Assembly (NCBI GenBank): GCA_030390025.1
Contig: CM059431.1
Coordinates: forward strand, 122,948,001-123,012,000
Length of the DNA: 64,000 nt
Source: Squalus acanthias
Taxonomy: Eukaryota
Direction of reading: 5' to 3'
A model generated the notes under the pieces. The model had not been told where the DNA came from. It made no database searches and saw only the letters and a list, made by a program, of their open reading frames with translations. Position numbers and translations under genes: made by a program. Shown in pieces: positions 13,320 through 27,397 of the stretch; within the stretch, counting starts at the first letter, position 1; every line of letters starts with the position of its first letter.

Positions 13320-14560
13320 GCACAACAGCCTGTATTTATACAGAACCTTTAACATAGAAAATGCCCTACGGCATTTCACAGAGGAGAAAAGAGAAAGGTG
13401 TCGCACCTTTTCAGGACATTTAGGAGAGGTGATCAATAGCTTGGTTGAAGAGATGTATTTTGAGAAGGCTTTTAAAGGGAGTTTTGGAGAATAGGGCTGA
13501 GCCAGCTGAAGGTTCTGCCACTAAAATGGAGCAATAGGAGAGAGGGATTGCACAGGAAGTCAGAGTCAGAGGACTAGAGGGATATAAGGTTAGATCAGGT
13601 TGCAGAGGGAAGGTAGAGTGAGGCTGTGATTGGATTTGTAGATGAGAACAAGAATATTAAATGTAATTTGTTCGGTAACATTGAGGTCAGCAAAGATGGG
13701 AGTGGTGGGCGTGAGCAGGACTTAGTGTGGGATAGCATGTGAACGGCAGAGTTTTGGATTATTTAGAGTTTGATCAAAAGTCACTTTGTGTCAGTTGAAG
13801 AGGAACCTACCATAGATTGCTGCCATATACCTCTTGGTGGCTGTCTAAGAGCAGAAGGCCGGAAAGGAGTGTATTGGAGAAATTAGATCAAGATCTGACG
13901 ATGGCATGCCTAAGGGTTTTGGTGGCAGTGGGGATAAATATAGTTGCAGAGGTGAGTAATGTGTGGAGGTGGAAGTGGATAGGAAATTGGGTTTGAATCT
14001 CAGCCCTAGGAGAAACAAAACACAGAGGGTGCCAGCCACCTGGTTCAACCTGAACAAGCAGCCAAAGAGAGGTATGGATTCAATGAAGATGGTGCAGAGT
14101 TTTTAGCAGAGGCTTAAACAATGGCTTTGGCCTTCCCGATGTTGAACGGTAGAAAATGATGGTTCATTAATGACAATGTCTGACAATTCCTGGGGTCAAT
14201 CGAAGAGGTAGTGAGCAAGAGATGGGTGTCATCATCTTACACGTGAAAACTGACCCTGTGTCTACGGTTGATATTACTGAGGAGCCGTATGTAATGCATA
14301 AGAGGAAGGGGCCAAGGATAGAATCTGGGGGATCTCTGGAGGTGACTATATGGAAGGTGGAGGAGGAGCCATTGCTGGGGATGTGCTGCCTGCATTCGGA
14401 AAGGTAGGACTGGAACCACATAAGGGCAGGCCTACTGAGGTGGACCACGGGGTAGAAGGAAGGAGTGGTCGACCTTGTTGGATTCTGTAGGCCAAGAAAA
14501 ACAAAGAGAGATAAAGCACCATACTTGCAATCGCAGAGAATGTTTGTTGTGATTTGAGCA
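13320..14560 (-). mobile_element. Old L2-clade LINE fragment
   Basis: ALMWFQSYLSECRQ...SILGPFL is L2-type RT. 3' tail resembles the L2 copy at 15557-16320. Confidence 0.7.
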
Positions 14561-14880
14561 TTCCTCAAGGTGTTTTGTCTTTAAGGTACCATTTACCTGA
14601 CCTGGTAACAGTTTCAGTAATGTGTACAGAAGAACTGAAACGAGAATATTCTGCTATCCTCCCCTGGGTGTTATTTGCAATTTGTTCTCTACATGCAGAG
14701 GTTGAAGCGGAATCCTTCTGGTTCATCCACCTTTTCTGCTCCTTTTTGAGTTGTTATTCATTCTGTTGTTTGAAAGCACAGTGTCATTTATAATTGAATC
14801 AGGGTACTGAGCTTCTAATGTCTGATTGTTTTTGAATTCCCAAGCGAAAGAGAAAGTGACAAGGGATAAAGAAAGAAATT

Positions 14881-14990
14881 GGTTTTATTCCAGCTATTTC
14901 ATAGTTCCTAAGAGGACGGCTGGATCTTGGGTTATCCTGCACTTCAGAGATCTGAGCAAATACCTACAGAAGGAAATGTTTTAAGCTGGT
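14881..14990 (+). mobile_element. Highly decayed DIRS-type (tyrosine-recombinase retrotransposon) RT fragment
   Basis: Frame from 14881 reads GFYSSYFIVPKRTAGSWVILHFRDLSKYL, like the DIRS RT motif GFYSxYFLVPKKxGxxRPILDLRxLN. Confidence 0.55.
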
Positions 14991-15556
14991 CAAACTGACA
15001 CAGTAACTAGATTTCTATGATTAACAAAAAACACTGAAAAGTTGTGGACGACACCAAAGGTGCTTCAAATGCCCAATTGTCTCAAGAAAAGACATCCAGT
15101 GCCCTTTACGCTGTTGAAGACAGGCCAGCTTATTGTGTTTTGGTAAACTGTAGCACAATGACATGTTCTGAATGCAAAACAACAAGACCCCTGAAATTAT
15201 GATGTTCATGCCAGCAGCAGGTGAAGGCTTGCTGAAAATTGCTAGCTCCACTCATTAACTGTAACAGGCTCCTGGAGCTTAGTTGGAGCCTCATGTCAGA
15301 GACATCAATGGTTAGGGAGCTGGAATTTTTTCAAGGCACTAGCTGTTAAAGAGCTGCTGTTCATACTTAAAGGGGAGAACTTCCATCTGGATCTAGCGAT
15401 AAGATATTGTTGAAGCTACAGTGGAATCAAGGAGCAATGTGGCAGAACCACACCATTTTTAGGAAGAGGCATTAGAACTGCTAATACATGAAGTACAGCA
15501 CAGAAGGATGGAGTGCAAGGCCACTCTCCAGTGAATCCAAACATGCAAGCTTTGCC

Positions 15557-16320
15557 ATAAAATCCGTTCCTCTCCCTAGCCACTGTTTGAGGCTGAACCA
15601 GACTATTCACAACCTTTGCATCAGATTTGACCCTGCGATGAGCTTCCAATCGGATATCTGCCTCATCTCCAAGACCACCTATTTCCACCTCCGTAAGATC
15701 GTCCTTTTCTGCCCCTGCCTCAGCTCATCTGTTGCTGAACTCCTCATCCATGCCTTTGTTAACGCTAGACTTGGCTATTCCAGTGCTCTCCTGGCCAGCC
15801 TCCCATCTTCCACCTTCCATAAATTTAAGCTCATCTAAAACTCTGCTGCCCGTATCCTAACTCGCACCAAGTCCCGTTCATCCATCACCCCTGTGCTCGC
15901 TGACCTACATTGGCTTCCGGTCTGGCAACACGTCGATTTAAAAATTCTCATCCTTGCTTTTAAATCCCTCCATGGCCTCACCCCTCCCTATCTCTGTAAC
16001 CTTGTCCAGCCCTACAACTCTCCGAGATCTCTACGCTCCTCCAATTCTGGCCTCTTGGCACATCACCGCTTTTGATCACTCCACCTGTTGGCGGCCATGC
16101 CTTCAGCTACCTAAGTCCTAAGCTCTGGAATTCCCTCCCTAAACCTCTCCACCTCTCGAGCTCTCTCTCCTCCTTTAAGACACTCCGTAAAACCTACAAC
16201 TCAGCTGTCCTAATATCTCCTTATCTGGCTCGGTGTCAAATTTTGTTCGATAATGCTTCTGTGAAGCATCCTGGGGTGTTTTACTACATTAAAGGTGCTA
16301 TTTAAATGTAAGTTGTTGTT
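15557..16320 (+). mobile_element. L2-clade LINE 3' end
   Basis: FHLRKI...LIHAFVNARLGYSSALLASLP...LADLHWLPV...LKILILAFKSLHG. Tail TTACTACATTAAAGGTGCTATTTAAATGTAAGTTGTTGTT. Confidence 0.9.
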
Positions 16321-17816
16321 GACTTAGGTGGAGGTAGCAGAGACAGTGAGTGGATTCTCATAGATCTGAAGCGGTATGGAAAAGTAATGGAAATTTAAGC
16401 AGAGTAAAAAAGTAATTTGACAAACCTTTGCACACTTTATTAATATTGGTACATAGAATGCATGCCACAAACAAAAATTGTGAATTGCAGAATCCTCAAA
16501 AAGGGACCACACAAAGCTTTCCTCTTTTCTAAACGATTGCATTGTCAGGTCAGGTGTTAAAACCTGCTACCGTAATGACAGTAGACAGTACTAGCTGTAA
16601 CTGACCAAGTGCTGGGTAGCGGTTAAGTAACTTGGCCACCTCCAGAAATGTCAATGATGGATGAACATCTGGAGGAGGGAAGTGAGACCCTTGATGGAGG
16701 AAATGCCATTAAAAGGCGGATGAGCTAATCCTTGAATTAGCCAACAGCATCCATAACCTGCAAACCGTGACACAGCTGCAGTACAAAACAAAGCAATGAA
16801 AGAGCAACCACGGACAGTCTTAAACACAACTAAAGAGGTGCGGAGAACAGTCACAGGAGCTCCAACATTAGTCAACTGATAGTACAATTGCAGAAACACT
16901 GGCATGATGAGCTATTATGGATGGTAATTCAGCACAAGTTACAAACAAAGGACGCTCTATAAAATATTCTATTCCTTTCTTTTGATTTGTGTTGCTGATA
17001 ACCTGTGCTTTTTTCTTTGTTTTTTTCAATGTGCTACCCATTACCCCTCCCCTGGACTATTGGGGGGATAGGGGGTTGCATTAGGCACCTGTGGTTTAAC
17101 AGTATGTCAGTTCTAGCTGTTCTTAGATCTACATGAAAGACCTTTAAAAGTCATTCAGCAAAACACTACTGCATCACCAACATGATACAAATTGTTAGCC
17201 AGTTAAGGCAGATGATGGATCAGCAGGGAGAGAAGTATCTTTGGACTGCCAGCCTAACCCTCGGGTATCTGGCTCATTAATTGCTCCCAGAATGCAAGAG
17301 GAAGAGCTATGGTCCTCACTGACCAGATTGTAGCCAGGTAAAAACTAGCAATCTCTTGAGGCTCCATCAAAGGAAGAAGATATGCCCATTCTCAAGACCA
17401 TCCAGAAAATGGGGCATTGAGGGGGCTGCTGGCACTTAATCCTTAAAAAAAAACATTTTTGGTCAAAGGCACAAGATCCCCAAAAAACATTAAAATAGAA
17501 TTTTTATGTGATGACAGAGTCGATCTTTAAATTTTTATAACAGTATATTTTCTTTAAGCTGATGGTAGGCTTTACGTTTTTTTGTAAGCTACTGTTAGAA
17601 AGGTATTTTATTATGCTGCTGGCTCCGTGACCTTTTCCAGTGAGTAGTCAAAATCGACAGAGGAGAAGGTTCCAGGTTTAATCTGAGCAACAGCTGCCAG
17701 GGGACAAAAGAACGGAGAAAATTGATGGTGAAAAAATAGAGGTAAAAAAACATTTTCACAAAACACCACAAATAAGTGCGAGCATTTTTTCGTGATGGAA
17801 GAATACCGGTCGCCGA

Positions 17817-17972
17817 GGTCGGGAATTTCCCAGGAGTTGCTCCCATTCCATCGTCGTAACTTCGCTGGAAGTGTGGCAGCAACCAATGTGCATGTGTGTG
17901 AACGGGTTTCCACCATACTTCCAGCAATGTTAGGGCGGTGGAGCGGGAGCAGTTCCCAGGAAATTCCCAGCC
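17817..17972. mobile_element. Short palindromic MITE-like unit
   Basis: Imperfect ~33-bp inverted termini GGTCGGGAATTTCCCAGGAGTTGCTCCC / GGGAGCAGTTCCCAGGAAATTCCCAGCC. Confidence 0.6.
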
Positions 17973-18258
17973 ACAGAATTGCCACACAATACAACAACAG
18001 CTTGCATTAATATAGTGCCCTTAATGCAGTAAAACGTCCCAAGGTGCTTCACAGGAGCATTATCAAACTAAATGTCAGCACCGAACCACATAAAGAGATA
18101 TTAAGACAGGTGACAAAAGCTTGGTCAAAGAGGTAGGTTTTACCACTTAAGGAGGAGCGATAGATGGACAGGTGGCAAGGTTTAGGGATGAACTTATAAA
18201 ACTTGGGTCCTAGGCAGCTGAAGGCATGGCCGCCAATGGTGTGGTGATGGAAACCAGG

Positions 18259-19889
18259 AGCCCAGGAGCCATCTTGTCTGTCTGTCCATCTTCAAGAAAG
18301 GTGACAAGTCTGATTGCGGTAATTACAGAGGAGCTTCCCTGCTGTCTGCCACAGGGAAAGTCATCGCAAGAATCCTCCTCAATCGCCTTCTCCCAGTGGC
18401 TGAAGAGCTCTTCCCAGAGTCGCAATGCGGATTCCGCCCACTAAGGGGCACAATGGACATGAACTTCACCGCGTGCCAATTACAAGAGAAATGCAGGAAA
18501 CAGTACCAACCGCTGTACATGGCCTTCTTTGACCTCACAAAGGCCTTCAACTCTGTCAACCGTGAGGGATTATGGAGTGTCCTCCTCAAATTCGGCTGAC
18601 CTCAAAAGTTTGTCACCATCCTTCGCTTGCTTCGTGACGACATGCAAGCCATGATCCTGACCAATGGTTCCACCACAGACCCAATTCATGTACGGACCAG
18701 GGTCAAGCAAGGCCGTGTCATCGCACCAACGCTCTTCTCAATCTGCCTTGCGGCAGTGCTCCATCTCACCTTCAGTAAGCTCCCCGCTGGAGTGGAGCTA
18801 ATTTATAGAACAAACAGGAAACTGTTCAAACTCCGTCGCCTCCAGTCCAGATCCAAGGTCGTCCCTTCCTCTGTCGTCGAATTACAGTATGCAGACGACG
18901 TTTGCGTCTGCGCATACTCGGAGGTCGAACACCAAACCATCGTTAAAACCTTCACCGAAGCGTACGAGAGCATGGGCCTTACACTAAACATCCGTAAGAC
19001 AAAAGTCTTCTACCAACCTGCCCCCGCCACACAGTACTGCTCCCCGATTATCAAAATCCATGACAAGGCCTTGGACAATGTGGACCACTTTCCATACCTC
19101 AGGAGCCTACTGTCAACAAGGGCAGAAGTCGATGACGAAGTCCAACACCGCCTTCAGTATGCCAGTGCAGCCTTCGGTCGCCTGAGGAAGAGAGTGTTTG
19201 AAGACCAGGACCTCAAACCCGGCACCAAGCTCATGGTCTACAGAGCAGTAGTGATACCCACCCTCCTGTATGCCTGAGAGACATGGACCATGTACAGCAG
19301 GCAGCTCAAAGCACTGGAGACGTACCATCAATGCTGCCTCCGTAAGATCCTGCAAATCTATTGGCAGGATAGACGCACCAACGTCAGTGTTCTCACTCAG
19401 GCCAACATCCCCAGCATCAAAGCTTTGACCACACTCGATCAGCTCCGATGGATGGGTCACATCGTCCGCATGCCCGATACGAGACTCCCAAAACAAGCGT
19501 TCTACTTGGAACTCCGAAATGGCAAGAGAGCCCCAGGTGGGCAGAGGAAATGCTTCAAGGACACCCTCAAAGCCTCCTTGAAAAAGTGCAACATCCCCAC
19601 TGACACCTGGGAATCCCTGGCCCAAGACCGTACAAAGTGGAGGAGAAGCATCCGGGAAGGCGCCGAACACCTCGAGTCTCTTCGCCGGGAGCAAGCGGAA
19701 GCCAAGCGCAAACAGCGGAAGGAGCGCACGTCAACCCAAGCACCCCACCCACCCCCCCCTTCAACCAACGTCTGCCCCACCTGTGACAGAGACTGTAGGT
19801 CCCGCATTGGACTCAGCAGTCACCTGAGAACTAATTTTTTATGTGGAAGCAAGTCATCTTCGGTTCCGAGGGACTGCCTAAGAAGAGAA
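18259..19889 (+). mobile_element. RTE-clade LINE, 5'-truncated
   Basis: ESQCGFRP, AFFDLTKAF, VKQG..IAPTLF, LQYADD, C-terminal CPTC...SH zinc knuckle, (AAG)n tail. 13-bp TSD GATGGAAAYCAGG at 18246-18258 and 19890-19902. Confidence 0.95.
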
Positions 19890-20096
19890 GATGGAAATCA
19901 GGGATGGGCAAGAGGCTAGAATTGGAGGACCGCAGAGATCTCGGTGGGTTGTAGGGCTGGAGAAAGGTACAGAGATAGGGAAGGGCAAGGCCATAGAGGG
20001 ATTTGAACATAAGGATGAGAAAATTAAATTTGGGGCATTGCTGGACCGGGAGCCAAAGTAGGTCACAAGCACAGAAGTGATAGGTGAACGGGACTT

Positions 20097-20378
20097 ACAT
20101 AGAAACATAGAAACATAGAATCTAGGAGCAGGAGTAGGCCATTCGGCCCGTCGAGCCTGCTCCACCATTCAATACGATCATGGCTGATCATCCAAATCCA
20201 GTACCCTGTCCTTGCTTTAATCCCCACAGTACACATATCCCACCCTACCCCCGTAACCCCACGTATTTAATTCCCCCTAACATATCCCATCCTATCCACA
20301 TAACCCTACATATTTAATCCCCCCCTAACACTAAGGGTCAATTTATCATAGCCAAATCAACCTAACCCACACATTTTT
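20097..20378 (-). mobile_element. 5'-truncated HE1/V-SINE-like element with CR1-type tail
   Basis: (TTCTATGT)n tail and CR1-like 3' end, followed by AACACTAAGGGTCAATTTATCATAGCCAAATCAACCTAAC. Flanked by GGACTT (20091-20096, 20379-20384). Internal ~48-bp tandem duplication. Confidence 0.6.
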
Positions 20379-20808
20379 GGACTTGGTGCGATTTATGATA
20401 CGGGCACCAGAGTCTTGGATGGGCTGTTGTTTACGGAGGGTGGCATACCACACCATGTGGCCAGAAAGGGCTCTGGGCATTTGCAGGGTATTTGTATACC
20501 TCTAACTACATATTACAAGATTTTTTTAATGAAAAATCAGGGTGAACAGTCAAAACCAATAGCTCAGAGCATCATCAATGTTGAAAATGTAAGAGCCAAG
20601 CTAATTCAAAGCCAGCAAATAAAATCAAATTAATGGAAGGAAAATTCTGTGGGTTCTGTAAGAGGTGTGTAATCCTCCCTGTCGGATATTCCTTTTTTCA
20701 TCTGCCCAGGTGATGCTTAATGCCCAGGCAATAAAGAAAGAAATCTACCCCAACCTATTCATGATCTTGCTAGAAATATTACCCAAAGGAAATCTTCACA
20801 AATGCAAA

Positions 20809-23800
20809 GGCCGGAATTTTGTTTACCTGGGCGGGTCAGATGCGGGCAGTCGCCGTGGCGGGTCGCGACTCCATTGTTGATTCCATCCCGCTCCTAAACT
20901 CGACTTTGCGCTAATGGGGCATATTAAGCCCGCCCTGCGCGTTACCCGGCCCTATTAAATGGTGCGGGTCTGATGACATCATCGTTGACGCATTTTCAGC
21001 TGGGATATTTAAAGGAGCCATGCCCACACTGCATTTGAAGGTTCATCTAGGAGTGTGCAGGTAGCACACTGCAAAATTGGACTGCTACAAAGAGTGCCAA
21101 ACATGACTGCACTGAGACAGAGGGCTGCACCCAGGTTCGCCGATGACTCCCTCCATAAGTTTGTGGAGGTAGTCAGAGCATGCAGGGAGGTCCTCTTCCC
21201 TTCTAATGGGTGGAAGAGACCTCCCCAGGAGACAAAATGAGCCTGGCTCCAAATAGCAGAGGAGGTTACCAGCAGGGATGTGTTCAGAGGACTTGGGTGC
21301 AGTGCCGGAAATGTTTCAATGATCTCATTAGATCAGGAAAGGTGAGTACAAAGCCACACTCAACTTCATCCTGCTGTGCTTCTCATCACATCCCCATCAC
21401 TTTGCCTTCCCAAGCCTGCTGCTGCACATCCTTACTCACACCAACATACCTTGCACATCCACCCATCCCCCTCTCTCTATCTACATACTCATGTCCCCAT
21501 CTGGTTAGCCACCCTTCACACTCACCCTCATTCAATCATATCAACTAACAACACACAAGGAGGCCACTTGGCTTTGGCACCCCACCCCATCATAGTCTCC
21601 CTCTAAAGATGTAACCCATCCATTCCTTACACTCATTCCATCACTCTCACTCAACCTTCTCTTCTTTCCCTCCTTGTAGGAAAAGAGTCCACACTAAGAG
21701 GGAGAGAACCAGTGGTGGAAAGCCATCAATGGCCACCCTAACATCAGCAGAGGAAGCTGCCTTAGAAGTTTCGGAAGCCACTGAGCAGCTGGAGGTGTGA
21801 GATGGAGAGAGAGGGACATTCCAGCAACCTGGTGATAGAATTACATATCATACAGCTACATGGCATACAACAGTCACTCAAATGGGGACTGATGTCAACA
21901 GCCAGTGAATGGTCATCATGAGCAAAATGGTATCGTTACCCATTCTTCATATGACATTTCTAAATCAGCTCTTTACTCTCCCACAGGTCCATCAAGAGCC
22001 ACCCCCCCCCCCCCCCGCCCCCCCACTGTCTGGGAGGAAGAGGAAGATGACTCCTCAGAGGAGCCTCCAGCCTCTGAGAGTGCATCGTCACCAGACATAA
22101 ACGCACACCAGCGCAGATACGGACACCTCGGTGTGTCCCACGCGAGATAGAATAGTGTTGTCACCTGGTATGTCACAACTTACAAGTGAGCAAGAGCAGA
22201 TGGTGGTGACAGGGACAGCAGTGGAGACTCCTCGCTGGAGGGCGCAGGACGCTCCCAGCTCTGCTCAGCTGCATGCAGATGCTGTGTCTCGGGGGCCAAT
22301 GAGAAAGAGGGCGATCCTGGAGGTGCAGCAAGAAGTGCAGGAGGCTTTGACAAGCTTTGCGAGCGCGATGTCTGCAAATGTGCAGATAAGGGAGGAGTCT
22401 GTCTCCAACATGAGCACAGCCATGTCTCAGGCGATGGCGACTGTATCCTCCTCCATGGATAGGATGGCCACCTGCATGGAGCAGCTAATGCACCACTTAT
22501 TGGAGCACATGGTCTCTATGGAGAATACATGGCTAGCTATGGAGGATAGATGGCAAAGGCTCATAGACCTCCTCTCTAGGATGTCAACATGGACGTGGGT
22601 CCTCATGGTCCCACTGATGTGCAGCAAGGTGCTCTCCAGCTCCTTGCTAGCAGGGAAGTGCGGGTGGCCCATGAGAGGGATGATAGTGAGAGGGCACATG
22701 GAAGTGGGGCTCCTCTCAAAGCGCTTACACTTCTTCGCAATTGCCACCCCCTCAGTCAGAGCTCCAGATGCCTCCTCGGACAGCGATGGCTGAATCTGCC
22801 CCTGCACAGTCGCAGGAAGAGCAGACTTTGGCGGGGCCATCAGAGGCTCCAAAACCCAGGGGACTTCTGCCAAGAGTGTCTAAGCAGTCGCAGCAGGGAA
22901 GTGAGGAGGCTGCCTCTACCTCTGCTGAAGCCATAGGGGTTGCACCTCGTAGAAGCACGCGTAAGAGAAAGATGACACACAAGTAGATTTACAAGGGTAG
23001 CCACTTGGGTGTTTTATTCAATGTTTCTATTAAGTTTCCGTCACTGTGATGTCACACATAAAAATCTTTATTTTCACCACTTTCCGGTCATGGCCAAATT
23101 TGTGTGCACCTTTGGAAGTGGCTTAGTGAGTTGGAGTGAATGGTGAGACATAACAGTACCTCCAGCAATGGTGGTCAGTGTGAAAGGAATGGCTTGGTCA
23201 TTGTAGGGATGCTTTATGGTGTTGGTGTGGGGTGGTGCCAACCTGGCGCAGCAGAGTGTACTGTGTAAAGTTAAGTAAATCTGGCCATGATGAGCCCATC
23301 CCTGGCCTCCCAGGCAGCAATGTACTCGGGTGCTGGTGGGATCTGGACCTGCTCCTCCTCCTCCTCGTCTTCCAGCTGATGCTCCTCCTCCTCCTCTGAA
23401 GAGGCTGTGCGCTCAGTGCCTTGCACCTAATGCAGCACTAATCCTCACTGCTGTGCTATATTGTGCAGGGCGCAGCAGACCACGCGATTCTAGAAACCCT
23501 GGCTGGTGCGTACTGAAGCGCTCCTCCAGATCTGTCAAGGCATCTGAAGCACATTTTCAGCCTGCCTATTGTCTGCTCTATGACACATCTGGTGGAAATG
23601 TGGCTTTCATTATATCTCTCCTGGGCCTCAGGACATGGCCTCCTCAAGGGTGTCATTAGCCACGTCTTCAGTGGATAGCCCTTGTCTCCAAGCAGCCAGC
23701 TGGAAAGTCTGCTTGGAGGAGCAAAGAGCTGAGGGGCAGTGGACTAGCGCAGGATGAAAGAGTCATGGCAGATGCCAGGGAATTTGGCACATACATGCAA

Positions 23801-25040
23801 GATGATCTTCCTATGATTGCAGACGAGCTGCACATTAGGGAGTGGAAGCCCTTCTGGTTGACAAACACTCCTGGGTGATGATGGGGTGCCCTGATGGCCA
23901 CATGTATGCATTCGATGAAGATTGCACCCGTGGGAAGCCAGACAGTGTGGCAAAGCCGAGCGCCCGCTGAGTAACACTAGCTTCATCAGTGGCAACATTG
24001 GTATAATTGGCTGACTTGTCAAACAGGGCATCGGTGACCTGTGTGATGCATCTGTGGGCGGCCGACTGGGAGAGGCCACAAATGTCTGCAGCAGATCCCT
24101 GGAAGAAGCCTGAGGCGAAGAAGTTGAGGCCGCTGGTGACTTTGACAGCCACTGGTAAGGCATGTCAACCCGCTCCTCTGGGCTGCAGGTCTTGCTCCAG
24201 CAATGTTCTAATGTTTGCGATGACCTGGCGTGATAGCCTGAGCCTCCTTTGGCACTGCTGCTCAGTCCTGTTGAGAAAGCTCATCCTCTGCCTGTATACC
24301 CTGTGTTGGAGGTATCGCCTCCGGCATGGTGCAGCCCTGCGCTGATGCCCTCTGTCCTGTGCAGCATCAGGTGGTTGAGGAGAAGTTTGGTGGTGCTGTT
24401 GGTGCTGCTGGTGTGCCTGGTGCTGCTGGTGTTGGGGCTCATTGCGCTCCGATTCTGAGGACCAAGGTGAGACAGTATAGACGGCACCCTTGCTGATGGA
24501 ATAGATGGCAGGTCAAGTGGAGATGAGAGACGCAATTTGTCAATGATGTGATAGGTTCTAACAATCAGGTGACACTGGTTGGAGACATTGCTGGAAACAC
24601 TTGCAGCCTGTAGAAAGCTGAATCTGTGCTAGCAATGCAGTCAGCAACAGCTTCTGCCTGAGGAAAGTGAGCAGCTGTGAGGTGGGAGTTTTTATTGTTC
24701 TTTCCATGCTGTGCACTAATCAGCTGGATCAATGGCCACTCAACTTCTGCCTCAGGTTGACAGACGTGGTTCCCGAGCTGCGTCATTCCCGTGGTCAGCC
24801 AGGGAAATTTGAAAGGTAGGTTTAAAAAACTCTTAAGGATCTGACAACTACCTGATAATGATTTAAATTAGCTCGCCCGCCTCTGCCATTCGGGTCGCTG
24901 CCGCGCCAGCAAACGCACCCGAGGGAAAGGTGCGTGGGGGGCGGGATGACGGTGGGTTTCCGTCCCACTCCAAGATATTGCAAATTTCCCACCTGACTCA
25001 CCTCCGATCGTGTCCGCACAGACCCCAGAAAATTCCAGCC
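20809..25040. mobile_element. Degenerate full-length PIF/Harbinger transposon (Myb partner on +, transposase on -)
   Basis: TIRs GGCCGGAATTTT / AAAATTCCAGCC. SANT exon RAAPRFADDSL...WVQCRKCFNDLIRSGK|GTGAGT ends at 21341. Later exons run to 22986. Transposase pieces [38 protein letters not shown] at 23250-24500. Confidence 0.9.
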
Positions 25041-26216
25041 AATGTCACTATACAGACGACCCAATTGAATTCAGTACCCCATGACGGTTCCTGTATTGCT
25101 GTAGCCAGCAGAATCTCTGCTTCTGACAGTCAGACCCACTGTTGGGGACAGAGTTCTCAAATGTAGATCCCGTTGTCTGTGACGGACAGCAGGCCAGGTT
25201 TTGCAGGATATGTGGATGGATAATATTTTAGAATTTTGGTTGATTATCTTTGCCAGTCAGTGAGTATTTATATCGAGCTTTTGTTTAAGAGATGTTGGGT
25301 TAGCTTGCACGTGGTCTATGGAAAGAACAGGCCGGGTTTCAGTTTTTTATTGTGCTTTCTTATGTTCTTATTCTTGGCTTTGTCCCCATGAACTTCTAGT
25401 TCTACTCTTGATGTTTGCTGGCTCTACCTCCACAAGTTTCTGGTTCTGTCCCTTTTCATCAGTAAGATTGGCAGCTCAAAGTCACAGATCCACCTACGTT
25501 GCTGCCACTATTATAACACCACAGCAGTTGTTGCTATTCCCATGACTACATACATTCATCTGAAACTTTACTCTTTATTAAGCCTCCAGCTGAAATCATA
25601 GTGGTACACTACGATGGTAAACGGAATCAGCTTGACGCTCACATAGTTTTCATTTTGCCAATTTTCTCTTTCCTCCTGAAGATGTTGATGCCTTACCAGG
25701 GTGCCATTCCACAGGTACTGGGCACTCTCTAATATAATGTACTGCCGTGTTTAAAGGACAAATAACCCTCCAATGCCTCACAGATTCTACTTCCAAGTCA
25801 TTTATTTTTCTTTCCTTGTTTGATGTGCACTACTTTTTAAACAGAAATATAAGGTACTTTCCAGCTTCACCCTTTATGAAAAGTTATTGAATAATGGGAA
25901 ATGTAATTTATTTCCAGGTTATTTCAATATACAGAGGAGGTCTACCTCCCAGACGTGGATTAATTGGTAAAATGCATAGAAAGCCCATTACTTGCTCTGC
26001 AGGGTCCAAAGTTATCCAGACCAGTAGCTAGTAACAGGAGTTTACTCCTGCTTTTATTCCTGAGGAAGCACCTTGGCTTGGCATCTTCCCCAATATTTGA
26101 CTGAGATTTGGATCTTACCCTGTGAGAGATTCGATGGCAAACCTATTTTGGCATAGGAATCTGCAATGCTTCTGAGCTGCCTGTCATTTTATAACTTATG
26201 GAAATGTAAACATTTT

Positions 26217-26913
26217 AGGGGAAAATTGGTGCTTATTGCGTCTGTTTTCCAGGCATAAAATAGGGGCAATGAGACCCTTTTTCGTCCCGCACTTGATCTG
26301 TACCTGGGGTAGGGGCACCACCATATCGGTGAGGATGGTTTCCCAGGCGTCTGTGGCACTCGCCTGGAACAGGCATTGGTTGCCTTACATAAACGTGGGG
26401 TGGTGGGTCGGGGGGCTAATGCCTAATTCAGGACCTCTCTAGGACATTCAGTAGTGCAGATCAAGCAAGCACCAAGCCTGCCCCACATAGCATTACCAGT
26501 CTTCATGCAGCCTAACCAGCATCCTTAAAGGTGACCGCTGGAGGGCACTAAAAATATAAGTTTTTTTTATACTTACCTTAATGTGAAGCTGAGAGGAGCA
26601 GGAGTTCTCCTCCCAGTACTACAGTACTACTGCCCATGAACAGCCTACCCCCCACCCACTCCCGTGTTCCTCCCACCCCCGCCCCCTAACAGGATATACC
26701 TGAGGGCTGCTGCCAATGAGGCAGCCCACCCAAATTGGATCTCAGAAAATGGGTGAGCTGCCTCTAGAGGTGTGACAGACGCTGGCTGCTCACCACTATT
26801 ATTGCAATAAGACTCAAGACCCAATTTCTGTCAAGCTTTGGATCTCCCAGCTCGGGTGCATGCTGGAAGCACGCCATCAGTTATGTGCCCGCAAATGGGA
26901 CATAACAAATTTT
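26217..26913. mobile_element. Decayed Harbinger-type MITE
   Basis: Starts GGGGAAAATTGG, has a GC-rich body and a weakly complementary right end. Confidence 0.35.
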
Positions 26914-27397
26914 AATAATAATATCTTAATTATCCTCGGCCCTTATAACATAAGTAATTATCAGGGAAAATTTGTGAGATGTTTATTTCTTGAGCTAATT
27001 TTGCATCTTTTAACACACAAAATAGGAAGTCTACTTAGGCTGGAAATTTACTATTTGCAGACAACCGTTTACTTCATTCATCCGAATCCCTTTGTCCACT
27101 ACTTTAATAGAGGTGTAAACCTGTTTTTTTAAATCACTTAGGTCAGACTTTGAAAGTCATTTTCAGCGAGTTGCAACAAATGCGATTTCACAACGCAGAC
27201 CTCCAACAAAGGGGTTGACAATCCCTCGCAATGCGGCTCTAATGACTTCTGTGGCAAGAGGTAGAGTTAGCAGCACTTGACTGTTTACATGGACAAACAT
27301 TGAATTATCTTGCTGTGGAGCAAAATTAAATCCTTGCCCTGGAGGTGGAAGATTCTGCTCTGCAACCAAAGCACAGCAGGCTGCTCACAATCATAAA

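Larger units (their letters stand above)
17990..20420 (-). mobile_element. L2 3' fragment interrupted by an RTE and a SINE
   Basis: Reverse complement of the L2 tail at 17990-18245. Resumes at 19890-20096 and after 20385. Confidence 0.75.

Noticed and set aside
14590..14770. Possible minus-strand host exon ending in CAG|GTAAAT
   Set aside because: All three frames hit stops after the candidate acceptor.
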